DNA of 64,000 bases from NCBI RefSeq assembly GCF_056746865.1, contig NZ_CM163382.1. One strand, 5' to 3'. The translations under genes were made by a program, and so were the position numbers. The number at the start of each line of letters is the position of its first letter. Positions within the stretch are counted from its first letter, which is position 1. This document shows positions 21,766 to 31,048 of the stretch, one piece after another. The notes under the pieces are model-generated. The model was not told where the DNA came from. It saw only the letters and a program-made list of their open reading frames with translations, and made no database searches.

Positions 21766-22235
21766 AGAAGTCCGAAACAGGACTCGCTGTATAAATAAAC
21801 AGCTATTTTGATAAGGAAGGGTAAGATAACGGCGGGTGCCTGAAGCTTTCCGGTTTCAGGTTTACTCTGAGGTCTGGAAAGATGAAGCCCCAGGAGATAT
21901 TTCTATCAACCCTGGGGCTGCCACTCCAAACCAGACAATTTGGATGGTAGTCCCTTCTTCGCATGGAGGCAATATAAACATGCTGACGAAATATGCCCTT
22001 GTGGCAGTCATAGTGCTGTGTTTAACGGTGCTGGGATTTACGCTTCTGGTCGGAGACTCGCTGTGTGAGTTTACGGTGAAGGAACGTAATATTGAGTTTA
22101 AGGCTGTTCTCGCTTACGAACCGAAGAAGTAGCCGTTGTGCGGGGAGTAATCCCCGCATATCCGGTTGTCAGGTCAGGGTGGTAAGGCACCTGCTTTACA
22201 CTTTCGCCCGCGGTCAGTGATGGCTGCGGGCGAAT
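21766..22235. repeat. hokE locus repeat unit, copy 2 (complete unit between IS186 and entD)
   Basis: Matches copy 1 (19913..20302 plus 21642..21765) apart from a few substitutions and two 1-nt deletions in the mok region; contains an intact copy of the IS186 target palindrome at about 22139-22156. Confidence 0.85.
21980..22132 (+). CDS. hokE: Hok-family toxin HokE, copy 2 (50-aa frame intact; upstream mok frame altered)
   Basis: Identical Hok peptide; in this copy two 1-nt deletions truncate mok to about 22 codons and open an upstream-extended ORF (21836..22132) in the hok frame. Confidence 0.75.
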   Translation: MLTKYALVAVIVLCLTVLGFTLLVGDSLCEFTVKERNIEFKAVLAYEPKK

Positions 22236-22253
22236 CGTACCAGAAGTTGTCAA

Positions 22254-22874
22254 TTAATCGTGTTGGCACAGCGTTATGACTATCTTTTCTTTTATCTGCC
22301 AGTGCACAGCAAACTGCTCATCCTCTAGTCGAATGATGATCCGCTGTTTATTCCAGCTAATTATCTGATAATCCAGAAAACCTTGAGCGGCCTGTATCTT
22401 GCTTGCCTTAAATGCGCTCTCTTTGGCGGAAAATGCCAGTGTCAGCGCCAGAGAAAAGGTTAAACCGCATTCTGCGAGTCGCTCGTGTTCTGCTGGTGTA
22501 ATAATGTTGTCTGTCAATTCTCTTGCGGTTTGTACAGAGAAAATCTCTTCGATATCAATGCCAATCGGTTGACGAGATACCACGGCTAATGCCGTAGTCC
22601 CGCAGTGGCTAATACTGCCGTATACCTCCGCAGGCCACACAGGTTGGCGTAGCTCGCCGATAGCGGGCACATATTTATAGCCATATTCCCGCAAGGCATA
22701 AACAGCAGCGATTCGTCCAGCTAAATGCTCTGTTTTACGTTTACGTCCAGCGTGTTGCAGTTGTGCGTAGTGTGGCAGCCAGAGTAAATCCTGCTCGCGA
22801 AAACTCGCCGGATCGAACTCAACAAAATGCAGCGTATGTCCGGCAAAGGGGAGGGCGGTATGCGTAGTTTTCAT
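22254..22874 (-). CDS. entD: Phosphopantetheinyl transferase EntD
   Basis: Translation from the internal Met (MKTTHTALPFAGHTLHFVEFDPASFREQDLLWLPHYAQLQHAGRKRKTEHLAGRIAAVYALREYG...) matches EntD; the exact start is ambiguous. Confidence 0.9.
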   Translation of the reverse strand: MKTTHTALPFAGHTLHFVEFDPASFREQDLLWLPHYAQLQHAGRKRKTEHLAGRIAAVYALREYGYKYVPAIGELRQPVWPAEVYGSISHCGTTALAVVSRQPIGIDIEEIFSVQTARELTDNIITPAEHERLAECGLTFSLALTLAFSAKESAFKASKIQAAQGFLDYQIISWNKQRIIIRLEDEQFAVHWQIKEKIVITLCQHD

Positions 22875-23048
22875 ATCGACTATATTCGAGACTGATGACA
22901 AACGCAAAACTGCCTGATGCGCTACGCTTATCAGGCCTACATGGTCCTGCAATATATTGAATTGGCAAGATTTTTGTAGGCCGGATAAGGCGTTCACGCC
23001 GCATCCGGCATGAACGACGCGCACTTTGTCAACAATCTGACGTTAGCA

Positions 23049-25289
23049 TCAGAAGTGAGTATTAATGCTCATATACCACGTACGTCCCGGCTCGTTATAG
23101 GTATACGCCCCGGCACCGGCGATATAGTTGGCTCCTGCCAGATCGCCCGTGGTCTGGGCATTACCCGCACGCCACAAACGTTTGTCGAACAGGTTGTCCA
23201 CGCCGCCGGTCAGACTGACATTCTTCGTTACATCCCAGGTCGCGCTCAGGCCAACAATGCTGTACGGGCTGATTTCTTTGGTTTCCGGTCCAACCGCTGG
23301 CTGACCTTTATAGTTGTACTTCTTCGGCTGCTGCTTGCCGTACCAGGTGAAGGTTGTTTGCATCGACAAATCTTCCCGTGCCTGCCAGCTCAGCGTTGAG
23401 TTCAACGTATACTCCGGGATGATCGACAAACGGTCGCCCGTGGTTTTGTTTTCACTCTTCAGCATATAAGTGATGTTATTGGTCCACATCACCGTTTCGC
23501 TAACCGGTACGTTTAACGATCCTTCCAGACCTTCAACCACCGCTTTCGGTACGTTATCCCACTGATAGAGATCGGTGCCGACTGCGTTTTGCCCTACAGC
23601 CACATAGCCCGCTTCAATCTTATTGCGATAATCGTTACGGAACCAGGTGACGCCCGCCAGCCAGCCGTCGCGTTTGAACTCCAGACCAATCTCCTTGTTG
23701 ATACTGGTTTCCGCTTTCAGGTCATCATTACCTTGCAGATAGCAGCCGCCCGCGCTGGCATAGCAGCCCTGACCTTTACTGTAGAGAATGTAGTTTGGGT
23801 TAGTCTGGTACAGACTCGGCGCTTTATAAGCACGGGCAATGCCCATTTTCAGCGTGAAGTCATCGCCTAAACCTTGCGAGATATTCAGCGCCGGACTCCA
23901 GTTATTGCCAACAATGCTGTGATGATCGAAACGCAGCCCCGGCGTTACGATGGTGCTGTCAGTCAGCTCCATATTGTTTTCGGCAAACAGCGAGAAAATT
24001 TCTGCTTTTGAATATGGGCTACGGTCGGTGGCACTCACGCCATCAATAGCGCCACCGGTATTCGTCCCGGTGAGCGCCTGGGTGTTGGAACTTAAGTCCT
24101 TCATCCGTTGCTGATTCCACTCCGTACCCAGCGTCAGCGTCTGGTTAACGAGGAAATCAATCGGCAGGTTAACTTCGCTATGCAGCATCACGTCATCGAG
24201 ATCGATATCGACGAAATCCTGTGTCGCTTTTTCGTTAAATTTCCCTTCTGTGCCGCCCGCCAGACCTTCCGGGATGCGCGAGTTACGGGTGTGTTCGTAC
24301 TGCACCCAGTTGCTGGTGGTCACGCCGTTATCCCAGCCGCCGTTCCAGGTCAGCGAGTAGTTCTGGCGATACAGACGGTTGGTTTCATCGCCATATTTCG
24401 AGCGGGTATAGGAGTCAGAGTTGGTGTTCTGGGTATCGCCCGCATACAGGTTACCCTGGCGGCTGTAACCCGCTTCCAGTTCCAGCGATTGCAATGGTGC
24501 GAAGTCCCAGCGCACCACGCCATTAATATCTTTGTTGATCACCCCTTCGCGCCCGGCTGGTAACGTCGTGGCATAGGTTCCGGCACGCGCGGACTGATGG
24601 CCCTGGTTGATATCCCACGCGTCAGCCTGGGTTTTGTCGAGGTTGCCATACAAGCGGAAGCTGAATTCGTCGCCCAGCGGACCGGTGAGGCTAAAGTTAG
24701 TGCGTTTGGTGGCACCTTCCTCTTTATGTTCTGGCGCATTGAAATATGCGTCCCAGGAGCCGTGCCACTCACCACTGCCTTTTTTGGTAATGATGTTAAC
24801 CACGCCGCCCGCCGCGCCGTTGCCATAACGCGCAGCTGCCGGACCACGCAGAACTTCAATACGTTCAATCATTTCAGGTGGCACCCAGGAGGTATCACCA
24901 CGGGTATCGCGCTCGCCACGCCAGCCCTGACGCACCGAGTTACGGCTGCTTACCGGCTTGCCGTCAATCAAAATCAGCGTGTTTTCCGGACCCATGCCGC
25001 GAATATCAATTTGTCGGTTATTCCCACGCTGACCACTGGTGGAGTTACCGGTCAGGTTAACGCCTGGCATGGTACGGATGATCTCCGACACATCGCGGGC
25101 AACGGGGTTTTTGCGGATTTCATCTGCGGTGATGGTCGAAACGCCAGGCGCTTGCAAGTTCTGCTCGGCGGCGGTAACGACAATGGTATCGTCGTGTGAA
25201 ACAGGAGTATCGGTTGGCTCTTGTGCCTGTGCTACCCCATAAATCCCCAGATTGACCAACAAGGCCAGGGAATGAATCTTCTTGTTCAT
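23049..25289 (-). CDS. fepA: Ferric enterobactin outer-membrane receptor FepA (TonB-dependent)
   Basis: Translation MNKKIHSLALLVNLGIYGVAQAQEPTDTPVSHDDTIVVTAAEQNLQAPGVSTITADEIRKNPVARDVSEIIRTMPGVNLTG... ending ...TWYMSINTHF. Confidence 0.95.
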   Translation of the reverse strand: MNKKIHSLALLVNLGIYGVAQAQEPTDTPVSHDDTIVVTAAEQNLQAPGVSTITADEIRKNPVARDVSEIIRTMPGVNLTGNSTSGQRGNNRQIDIRGMGPENTLILIDGKPVSSRNSVRQGWRGERDTRGDTSWVPPEMIERIEVLRGPAAARYGNGAAGGVVNIITKKGSGEWHGSWDAYFNAPEHKEEGATKRTNFSLTGPLGDEFSFRLYGNLDKTQADAWDINQGHQSARAGTYATTLPAGREGVINKDINGVVRWDFAPLQSLELEAGYSRQGNLYAGDTQNTNSDSYTRSKYGDETNRLYRQNYSLTWNGGWDNGVTTSNWVQYEHTRNSRIPEGLAGGTEGKFNEKATQDFVDIDLDDVMLHSEVNLPIDFLVNQTLTLGTEWNQQRMKDLSSNTQALTGTNTGGAIDGVSATDRSPYSKAEIFSLFAENNMELTDSTIVTPGLRFDHHSIVGNNWSPALNISQGLGDDFTLKMGIARAYKAPSLYQTNPNYILYSKGQGCYASAGGCYLQGNDDLKAETSINKEIGLEFKRDGWLAGVTWFRNDYRNKIEAGYVAVGQNAVGTDLYQWDNVPKAVVEGLEGSLNVPVSETVMWTNNITYMLKSENKTTGDRLSIIPEYTLNSTLSWQAREDLSMQTTFTWYGKQQPKKYNYKGQPAVGPETKEISPYSIVGLSATWDVTKNVSLTGGVDNLFDKRLWRAGNAQTTGDLAGANYIAGAGAYTYNEPGRTWYMSINTHF

Positions 25290-25454
25290 TGTTTTATTCC
25301 TGCATTTTTGCCACGAATTGCAACTGTCGGGCATGGTCGTCATCAATACGACGCACCCCGCTACCGCGAAAACCTTTGATCCTGAAAGACACGCAGTGCA
25401 GTTGGTTAATTAATGTCCGCGCTTCCCACGGCGCGCCATTACGCTATTGCAAAT

Positions 25455-25490
25455 GCAAATAGTTATCAATAATATTATCAATATATTTCT
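25455..25490. promoter_or_regulatory. Fur box in the divergent fepA / fes-ybdZ-entF promoter region
   Basis: Sequence aaatagttatcaataatattatcaatata resembles the Fur consensus gataatgataatcattatc; lies between divergent iron-regulated operons. Confidence 0.6.
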
Positions 25491-25531
25491 GCAATCAATG
25501 AAAAATTGCACAGTAAACATGGGGTTATGGT

Positions 25532-26734
25532 GTGACGGCGTTAAAAGTAGGAAGTGAGAGCTGGTGGCAGTCGAAACATGGCCCGGAATGGCAGCGTCTG
25601 AATGACGAAATGTTTGAGGTCACTTTCTGGTGGCGTGATCCCCAAGGTTCTGAAGAATACTCGACGATAAAGCGGGTATGGGTCTACGTCACTGGTGTGA
25701 CCGATCACCATCAGAACAGCCAGCCCCAGTCGATGCAGCGAATTGCAGGCACCAACGTCTGGCAGTGGACGACACAACTCAATGCCAACTGGCGCGGCAG
25801 CTACTGTTTTATTCCCACCGAACGCGATGACATTTTTTCTGCACCATCCCCCGATCGCCTCGAATTACGTGAAGGCTGGCGAAAACTATTACCCCAGGCG
25901 ATAGCCGATCCGCTGAATCCACAAAGCTGGAAAGGCGGGCGAGGGCACGCTGTTTCTGCACTCGAAATGCCGCAAGCGCCTCTGCAACCGGGATGGGATT
26001 GTCCGCAAGCGCCAGAAATACCTGTCAAAGAAATTATCTGGAAAAGTGAACAGTTGAAAAATTCACGCCGTGTATGGATTTTTACCACCGGCGATGCAAC
26101 AGCAGAAGAACGCCCGCTGGCAGTTTTGCTTGATGGCGAATTTTGGGCGCAGAGTATGCCCGTCTGGCCTGCGCTGACTTCGCTGACCCATCGTCGGCAA
26201 CTTCCTCCCGCCGTGTATGTGTTGATCGACGCTATCGACACCACGCACCGCGCTCACGAACTGCCGTGTAATGCGGATTTCTGGCTGGCAGTACAGCAAG
26301 AGTTATTACCCCTGGTGAAAGCTATTGCCCCTTTTAGCGATCGCGCCGATCGCACCGTGGTCGCCGGGCAGAGTTTTGGTGGGCTTTCCGCGCTGTATGC
26401 CGGACTGCACTGGCCTGAACGTTTTGGCTGTGTATTAAGCCAGTCAGGATCGTACTGGTGGCCGCATCGGGGCGGGCAGCAAGAAGGTGTTTTACTTGAG
26501 CAACTTAAAGCTGGTGAAGTTAGCGCCGAAGGTCTGCGCATTGTGCTGGAAGCGGGTATTCGCGAGCCGATGATCATGCGGGCCAATCAGGCGCTGTATG
26601 CGCAATTACACCCTATAAAAGAATCCATTTTCTGGCGTCAGGTTGACGGCGGACATGATGCGCTTTGTTGGCGCGGTGGCTTGATGCAGGGGCTAATCGA
26701 CCTCTGGCAACCACTTTTCCATGACAGGAGTTGA
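25532..26734 (+). CDS. fes: Enterochelin esterase Fes
   Basis: 400-aa ORF from a GTG start, MTALKVGSESWWQSKHGPEWQRLNDEMFEVTFWWRDPQGSEEYSTIKRVWVY... Confidence 0.93.
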   Translation: MTALKVGSESWWQSKHGPEWQRLNDEMFEVTFWWRDPQGSEEYSTIKRVWVYVTGVTDHHQNSQPQSMQRIAGTNVWQWTTQLNANWRGSYCFIPTERDDIFSAPSPDRLELREGWRKLLPQAIADPLNPQSWKGGRGHAVSALEMPQAPLQPGWDCPQAPEIPVKEIIWKSEQLKNSRRVWIFTTGDATAEERPLAVLLDGEFWAQSMPVWPALTSLTHRRQLPPAVYVLIDAIDTTHRAHELPCNADFWLAVQQELLPLVKAIAPFSDRADRTVVAGQSFGGLSALYAGLHWPERFGCVLSQSGSYWWPHRGGQQEGVLLEQLKAGEVSAEGLRIVLEAGIREPMIMRANQALYAQLHPIKESIFWRQVDGGHDALCWRGGLMQGLIDLWQPLFHDRS

Positions 26735-26736
26735 AT

Positions 26737-26955
26737 ATGGCATTCAGTAATCCCTTCGATGATCCGCAGGGAGCGTTTTACATTTTGCGCAATGCGCAGG
26801 GGCAATTCAGTCTGTGGCCGCAACAATGCGCCTTACCGGCAGGCTGGGACGTTGTGTGTCAGCCGCAGTCACAGGCGTCCTGCCAGCAGTGGCTGGAAGC
26901 CCACTGGCGTACTCTGACACCGTCGAATTTCACCCAGTTGCAGGAGGCGCAATGA
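26737..26955 (+). CDS. ybdZ: MbtH-like protein YbdZ
   Basis: MAFSNPFDDPQGAFYILRNAQGQFSLWPQQCALPAGWDVVCQPQSQASCQQWLEAHWRTLTPSNFTQLQEAQ; overlaps the fes stop and the entF start. Confidence 0.9.
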   Translation: MAFSNPFDDPQGAFYILRNAQGQFSLWPQQCALPAGWDVVCQPQSQASCQQWLEAHWRTLTPSNFTQLQEAQ

Positions 26956-29900
26956 GCCAGCATTTACCTTTGGTCGCCGCACAGCCCGGCATCTGGATGG
27001 CAGAAAAACTGTCAGATTTACCCTCCGCCTGGAGCGTGGCGCATTACGTTGAGTTAACCGGAGAGGTTGATGCGCCATTACTGGCCCGCGCGGTGGTTGC
27101 CGGATTAGCGCAAGCAGATACGCTGCGGATGCGTTTTACGGAAGATAACGGCGAAGTCTGGCAGTGGGTCGATGATGCGCTGACGTTCGAACTGCCAGAA
27201 ATTATCGACCTGCGAACCAACATTGATCCGCACGGTACTGCGCGGGCATTAATGCAGGCGGATTTGCAACAAGATCTGCGCGTCGATAGCGGTAAACCAC
27301 TGGTCTTTCATCAGTTGATACAGGTGGCGGATAACCGCTGGTACTGGTATCAGCGTTATCACCATTTGCTGGTCGATGGCTTCAGTTTCCCGGCCATTAC
27401 ACGCCAGATCGCCAATATTTACTGCGCATTGCTGCGTGGCGAACCAACGCCTGCTTCGCCGTTTACGTCTTTCGCTGATGTAGTGGAAGAGTATCAGCAG
27501 TACCGCGAAAGTGAAGCCTGGCAGCGTGATGCGGCATTCTGGGCGGAACAGCGTCGTCAACTGCCACCGCCCGCGTCACTTTCTCCGGCACCTTTACCGG
27601 GGCGCAGCGCTTCGGCAGATATTTTGCGCCTGAAACTGGAATTTACCGACGGGGAATTCCGCCAGCTGGCTATGCAACTTTCAGGTGTGCAGCGTACCGA
27701 TTTAGCCCTTGCGCTGGCGGCTTTGTGGCTGGGGCGATTGTGCAATCGCATGGACTACGCCGCCGGATTTATCTTTATGCGTCGACTGGGCTCGGCGGCG
27801 CTGACGGCTACCGGACCCGTGCTCAACGTTTTGCCGTTGGGGATTCACATTGCGGCACAAGAAACGCTGCCGGAACTGGCAACCCGACTGGCAGCACAAC
27901 TGAAAAAAATGCGTCGTCATCAACGTTACGATGCCGAACAAATTGTCCGTGACAGCGGGCGAGCGGCAGGAGAGGAACCGCTGTTCGGTCCGGTACTCAA
28001 TATCAAGGTATTTGATTACCAACTGGATATTCATGGTGTTCAGACGCAAACCCATACCCTGGCAACCGGTCCGGTTAATGACCTTGAACTGGCCCTGTTC
28101 CCAGATGAACACGGTGATTTGAGTATTGAGATCCTCGCCAATAAACAGCGTTACGATGAGCCAACGTTAATTCAACACGCTGAACGCCTGAAAATGCTGA
28201 TTGCCCAGTTCGCCGCGGATCCGGCGCTGTTGTGCGGCGATGTCGATATTATGCTGCCAGGTGAATATGCGCAGCTGGCGCAGATCAACGCCACTCAGGT
28301 TGAGATTCCAGAAACCACGCTGAGCGCGCTAGTGGCAGAACAAGCGGCAAAAACACCGGATGCTCCGGCGCTGGTTGATGCGCGTTACCAGTTTAGCTAT
28401 CGGGAAATGCGCGAACAGGTGGTGGCGCTGGCGAATCTGCTGCGTGAGCGCGGCGTTAAACCAGGCGACAGCGTGGCGGTGGCGCTACCGCGCTCGGTCT
28501 TTTTGACCCTGGCGCTGCATGCAATTGTTGAAGCAGGCGCGGCCTGGCTACCGCTGGATACCGGCTATCCGGACGATCGTCTGAAGATGATGCTGGAAGA
28601 TGCGCGCCCGTCGCTGTTAATCACCACCGACGATCAACTGCCGCGCTTTGCCGATGTTCCAGATTTAACCAGCCTTTGCTATAACGCCCCGCTTAAACCG
28701 CAGGGCAGTGCGCCGCTGCAACTTTCACAACCGCACCACACGGCTTATATCATCTTTACCTCCGGTTCCACCGGCAGACCGAAAGGGGTAATGGTCGGGC
28801 AGACGGCTATCGTCAACCGCCTGTTGTGGATGCAAAACCATTACCCGCTTACAGGCGAAGATGTCGTTGCCCAAAAAACGCCGTGCAGTTTTGATGTCTC
28901 GGTGTGGGAGTTTTTCTGGCCGTTTATTGCCGGGGCGAAACTGGTGATGGCTGAACCGGAAGCGCACCGCGACCCGCTCGCTATGCAGCAATTCTTTGCC
29001 GAATATGGCGTAACGACCACGCACTTTGTGCCCTCTATGCTGGCGGCATTTGTTGCTTCGCTGACGCCGGAAACTGCTCGCCAGAGTTGCGCGACCTTGA
29101 AACAGGTTTTTTGTAGCGGTGAAGCCTTACCGGCCGATTTATGCCGCGAATGGCAACAGTTAACCGGCGTGCCGTTGCATAATCTATATGGCCCGACGGA
29201 AGCGGCGGTAGATGTCAGCTGGTATCCGGCTTTTGGCGAGGAACTGGCACAGGTGCGCGGTAGCAGCGTGCCGATTGGTTATCCAGTGTGGAATACGGGC
29301 CTGCGTATTCTTGATGCGATGTTGCATCCGGTGCCGCCGGGTGTGGCAGGCGATCTCTATCTCACCGGCATCCAACTGGCGCAAGGGTATCTGGGACGAC
29401 CCGATCTGACCGCCAGCCGCTTTATTGCCGATCCTTTTACCCCAGGTGAACGCATGTACCGTACCGGAGATGTTGCCCGCTGGCTGGAAAACGGCGCGGT
29501 GGAGTATCTCGGGCGTAGTGACGATCAGCTAAAAATTCGTGGTCAGCGAATTGAACTGGGCGAAATCGATCGCGTGATGCAGGCGCTGCCGGATGTCGAG
29601 CAAGCTGTTACCCACGCTTGTGTGATTAATCAGGCGACAGCCACCGGGGGGGATGCGCGTCAGCTGGTGGGCTATCTGGTGTCGCAATCAGGTCTGCCGT
29701 TGGATACCAGCGCATTGCAGGCGCAACTGCGCGAAACATTGCCGCCGCATATGGTACCCGTCGTTCTGCTGCAACTTCCACAGTTACCTCTTAGCGCCAA
29801 CGGCAAGCTGGATCGCAAAGCCTTACCGTTGCCTGAACTGAAAGCACAAGCGCCGGGGCGTGCGCCGAAAGCGGGCAGTGAAACGATTATCGCCGCGGCA

Positions 29901-30833
29901 TTCTCGTCGTTGCTGGGTTGTGACGTGCAGGATGCCGATGCTGATTTCTTTGCGCTTGGCGGTCATTCGCTACTGGCAATGAAACTGGCTGCGCAGTTAA
30001 GTCGGCAGTTTGCCCGTCAGGTGACGCCGGGGCAGGTGATGGTCGCGTCAACTGTCGCCAAACTGGCAACGATTATTGATGGTGAAGAAGACAGCTCCCG
30101 GCGCATGGGATTCGAAACCATTCTGCCGTTGCGTGAAGGTAATGGCCCGACGCTGTTTTGTTTCCATCCTGCGTCCGGTTTTGCCTGGCAGTTCAGCGTG
30201 CTCTCGCGTTATCTCGATCCACAATGGTCGATTATCGGCATTCAGTCGCCGCGCCCTCATGGCCCCATGCAGACCGCGGCAAACCTGGATGAAGTCTGCG
30301 AAGCGCATCTGGCAACGTTACTTGAACAACAACCGCACGGCCCTTATTACCTGCTGGGGTATTCGCTGGGCGGTACGCTGGCGCAGGGCATAGCGGCGCG
30401 ACTGCGTACCCGTGGTGAACAGGTGGCATTTCTTGGCTTGCTGGATACCTGGCCGCCAGAAACGCAAAACTGGCAGAAAAAAGAGGCTAATGGTCTGGAC
30501 CCGGAAGTACTGGCGGAGATTAACCGCGAGCGCGAGGCCTTCCTGGCGGCACAGCAGGGAAGTACTTCAACGGAGTTGTTTACCACCATTGAAGGCAACT
30601 ACGCTGATGCTGTGCGCCTGCTGACGACTGCTCATAGTGTACCGTTTGACGGTAAAGCGACGCTGTTTGTTGCTGAACGCACGCTTCAGGAAGGTATGAA
30701 TCCCGAACGCGCCTGGTCGCCGTGGATTGCGGAGCTGGATATCTATCGTCAGGATTGTGCGCATGTGGATATTATCTCTCCGGTGGCGTTTGAAAAAATT
30801 GGGCCGATTATTCGTGCGACGCTAAATAAGTAA
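26952..30833 (+). CDS. entF: Enterobactin synthase component F (NRPS: C-A-PCP-TE, serine-activating)
   Basis: Translation from MSQHLPLVAAQPGIWMAEKLSDLPSAWSVAHYVELTGEVDAPLLARAV... matches EntF; contains the adenylation core FTSGSTGRPKGV, the PCP motif FFALGGHSL and the thioesterase GYSLGG. Confidence 0.95.
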   Translation: MSQHLPLVAAQPGIWMAEKLSDLPSAWSVAHYVELTGEVDAPLLARAVVAGLAQADTLRMRFTEDNGEVWQWVDDALTFELPEIIDLRTNIDPHGTARALMQADLQQDLRVDSGKPLVFHQLIQVADNRWYWYQRYHHLLVDGFSFPAITRQIANIYCALLRGEPTPASPFTSFADVVEEYQQYRESEAWQRDAAFWAEQRRQLPPPASLSPAPLPGRSASADILRLKLEFTDGEFRQLAMQLSGVQRTDLALALAALWLGRLCNRMDYAAGFIFMRRLGSAALTATGPVLNVLPLGIHIAAQETLPELATRLAAQLKKMRRHQRYDAEQIVRDSGRAAGEEPLFGPVLNIKVFDYQLDIHGVQTQTHTLATGPVNDLELALFPDEHGDLSIEILANKQRYDEPTLIQHAERLKMLIAQFAADPALLCGDVDIMLPGEYAQLAQINATQVEIPETTLSALVAEQAAKTPDAPALVDARYQFSYREMREQVVALANLLRERGVKPGDSVAVALPRSVFLTLALHAIVEAGAAWLPLDTGYPDDRLKMMLEDARPSLLITTDDQLPRFADVPDLTSLCYNAPLKPQGSAPLQLSQPHHTAYIIFTSGSTGRPKGVMVGQTAIVNRLLWMQNHYPLTGEDVVAQKTPCSFDVSVWEFFWPFIAGAKLVMAEPEAHRDPLAMQQFFAEYGVTTTHFVPSMLAAFVASLTPETARQSCATLKQVFCSGEALPADLCREWQQLTGVPLHNLYGPTEAAVDVSWYPAFGEELAQVRGSSVPIGYPVWNTGLRILDAMLHPVPPGVAGDLYLTGIQLAQGYLGRPDLTASRFIADPFTPGERMYRTGDVARWLENGAVEYLGRSDDQLKIRGQRIELGEIDRVMQALPDVEQAVTHACVINQATATGGDARQLVGYLVSQSGLPLDTSALQAQLRETLPPHMVPVVLLQLPQLPLSANGKLDRKALPLPELKAQAPGRAPKAGSETIIAAAFSSLLGCDVQDADADFFALGGHSLLAMKLAAQLSRQFARQVTPGQVMVASTVAKLATIIDGEEDSSRRMGFETILPLREGNGPTLFCFHPASGFAWQFSVLSRYLDPQWSIIGIQSPRPHGPMQTAANLDEVCEAHLATLLEQQPHGPYYLLGYSLGGTLAQGIAARLRTRGEQVAFLGLLDTWPPETQNWQKKEANGLDPEVLAEINREREAFLAAQQGSTSTELFTTIEGNYADAVRLLTTAHSVPFDGKATLFVAERTLQEGMNPERAWSPWIAELDIYRQDCAHVDIISPVAFEKIGPIIRATLNK

Positions 30834-30848
30834 ATTTATATTATCTAT

Positions 30849-30890
30849 AAACCCATAATTACAGAAAATAATTATGGGTTTATCATTTGT
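30849..30890 (+). terminator. Putative rho-independent terminator after entF
   Basis: Perfect 13-bp inverted repeat aaacccataatta / taattatgggttt with a 7-nt loop, followed by a T-rich stretch. Confidence 0.6.
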
Positions 30891-31048
30891 TTAATTTATA
30901 AATTTGGTGGGTGTTTCTCTGAAATAGAGTGAATGTTGCATTCAGTGGGAGTAATTTACAAACTTCAGCTTCGGATAAATCTCACCAACTGGTAGAGTGG
31001 GGGCCGTGGAGATTTACTCTTATTGGACTCATTTTCAGGTTATACCCC

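Noticed and set aside
22254-23024. Extended 256-aa form of entD
   Set aside because: The 5' extension has no similarity to EntD and runs into the hokE repeat region; the internal Met at 22874 gives the expected size and the conserved N-terminus.
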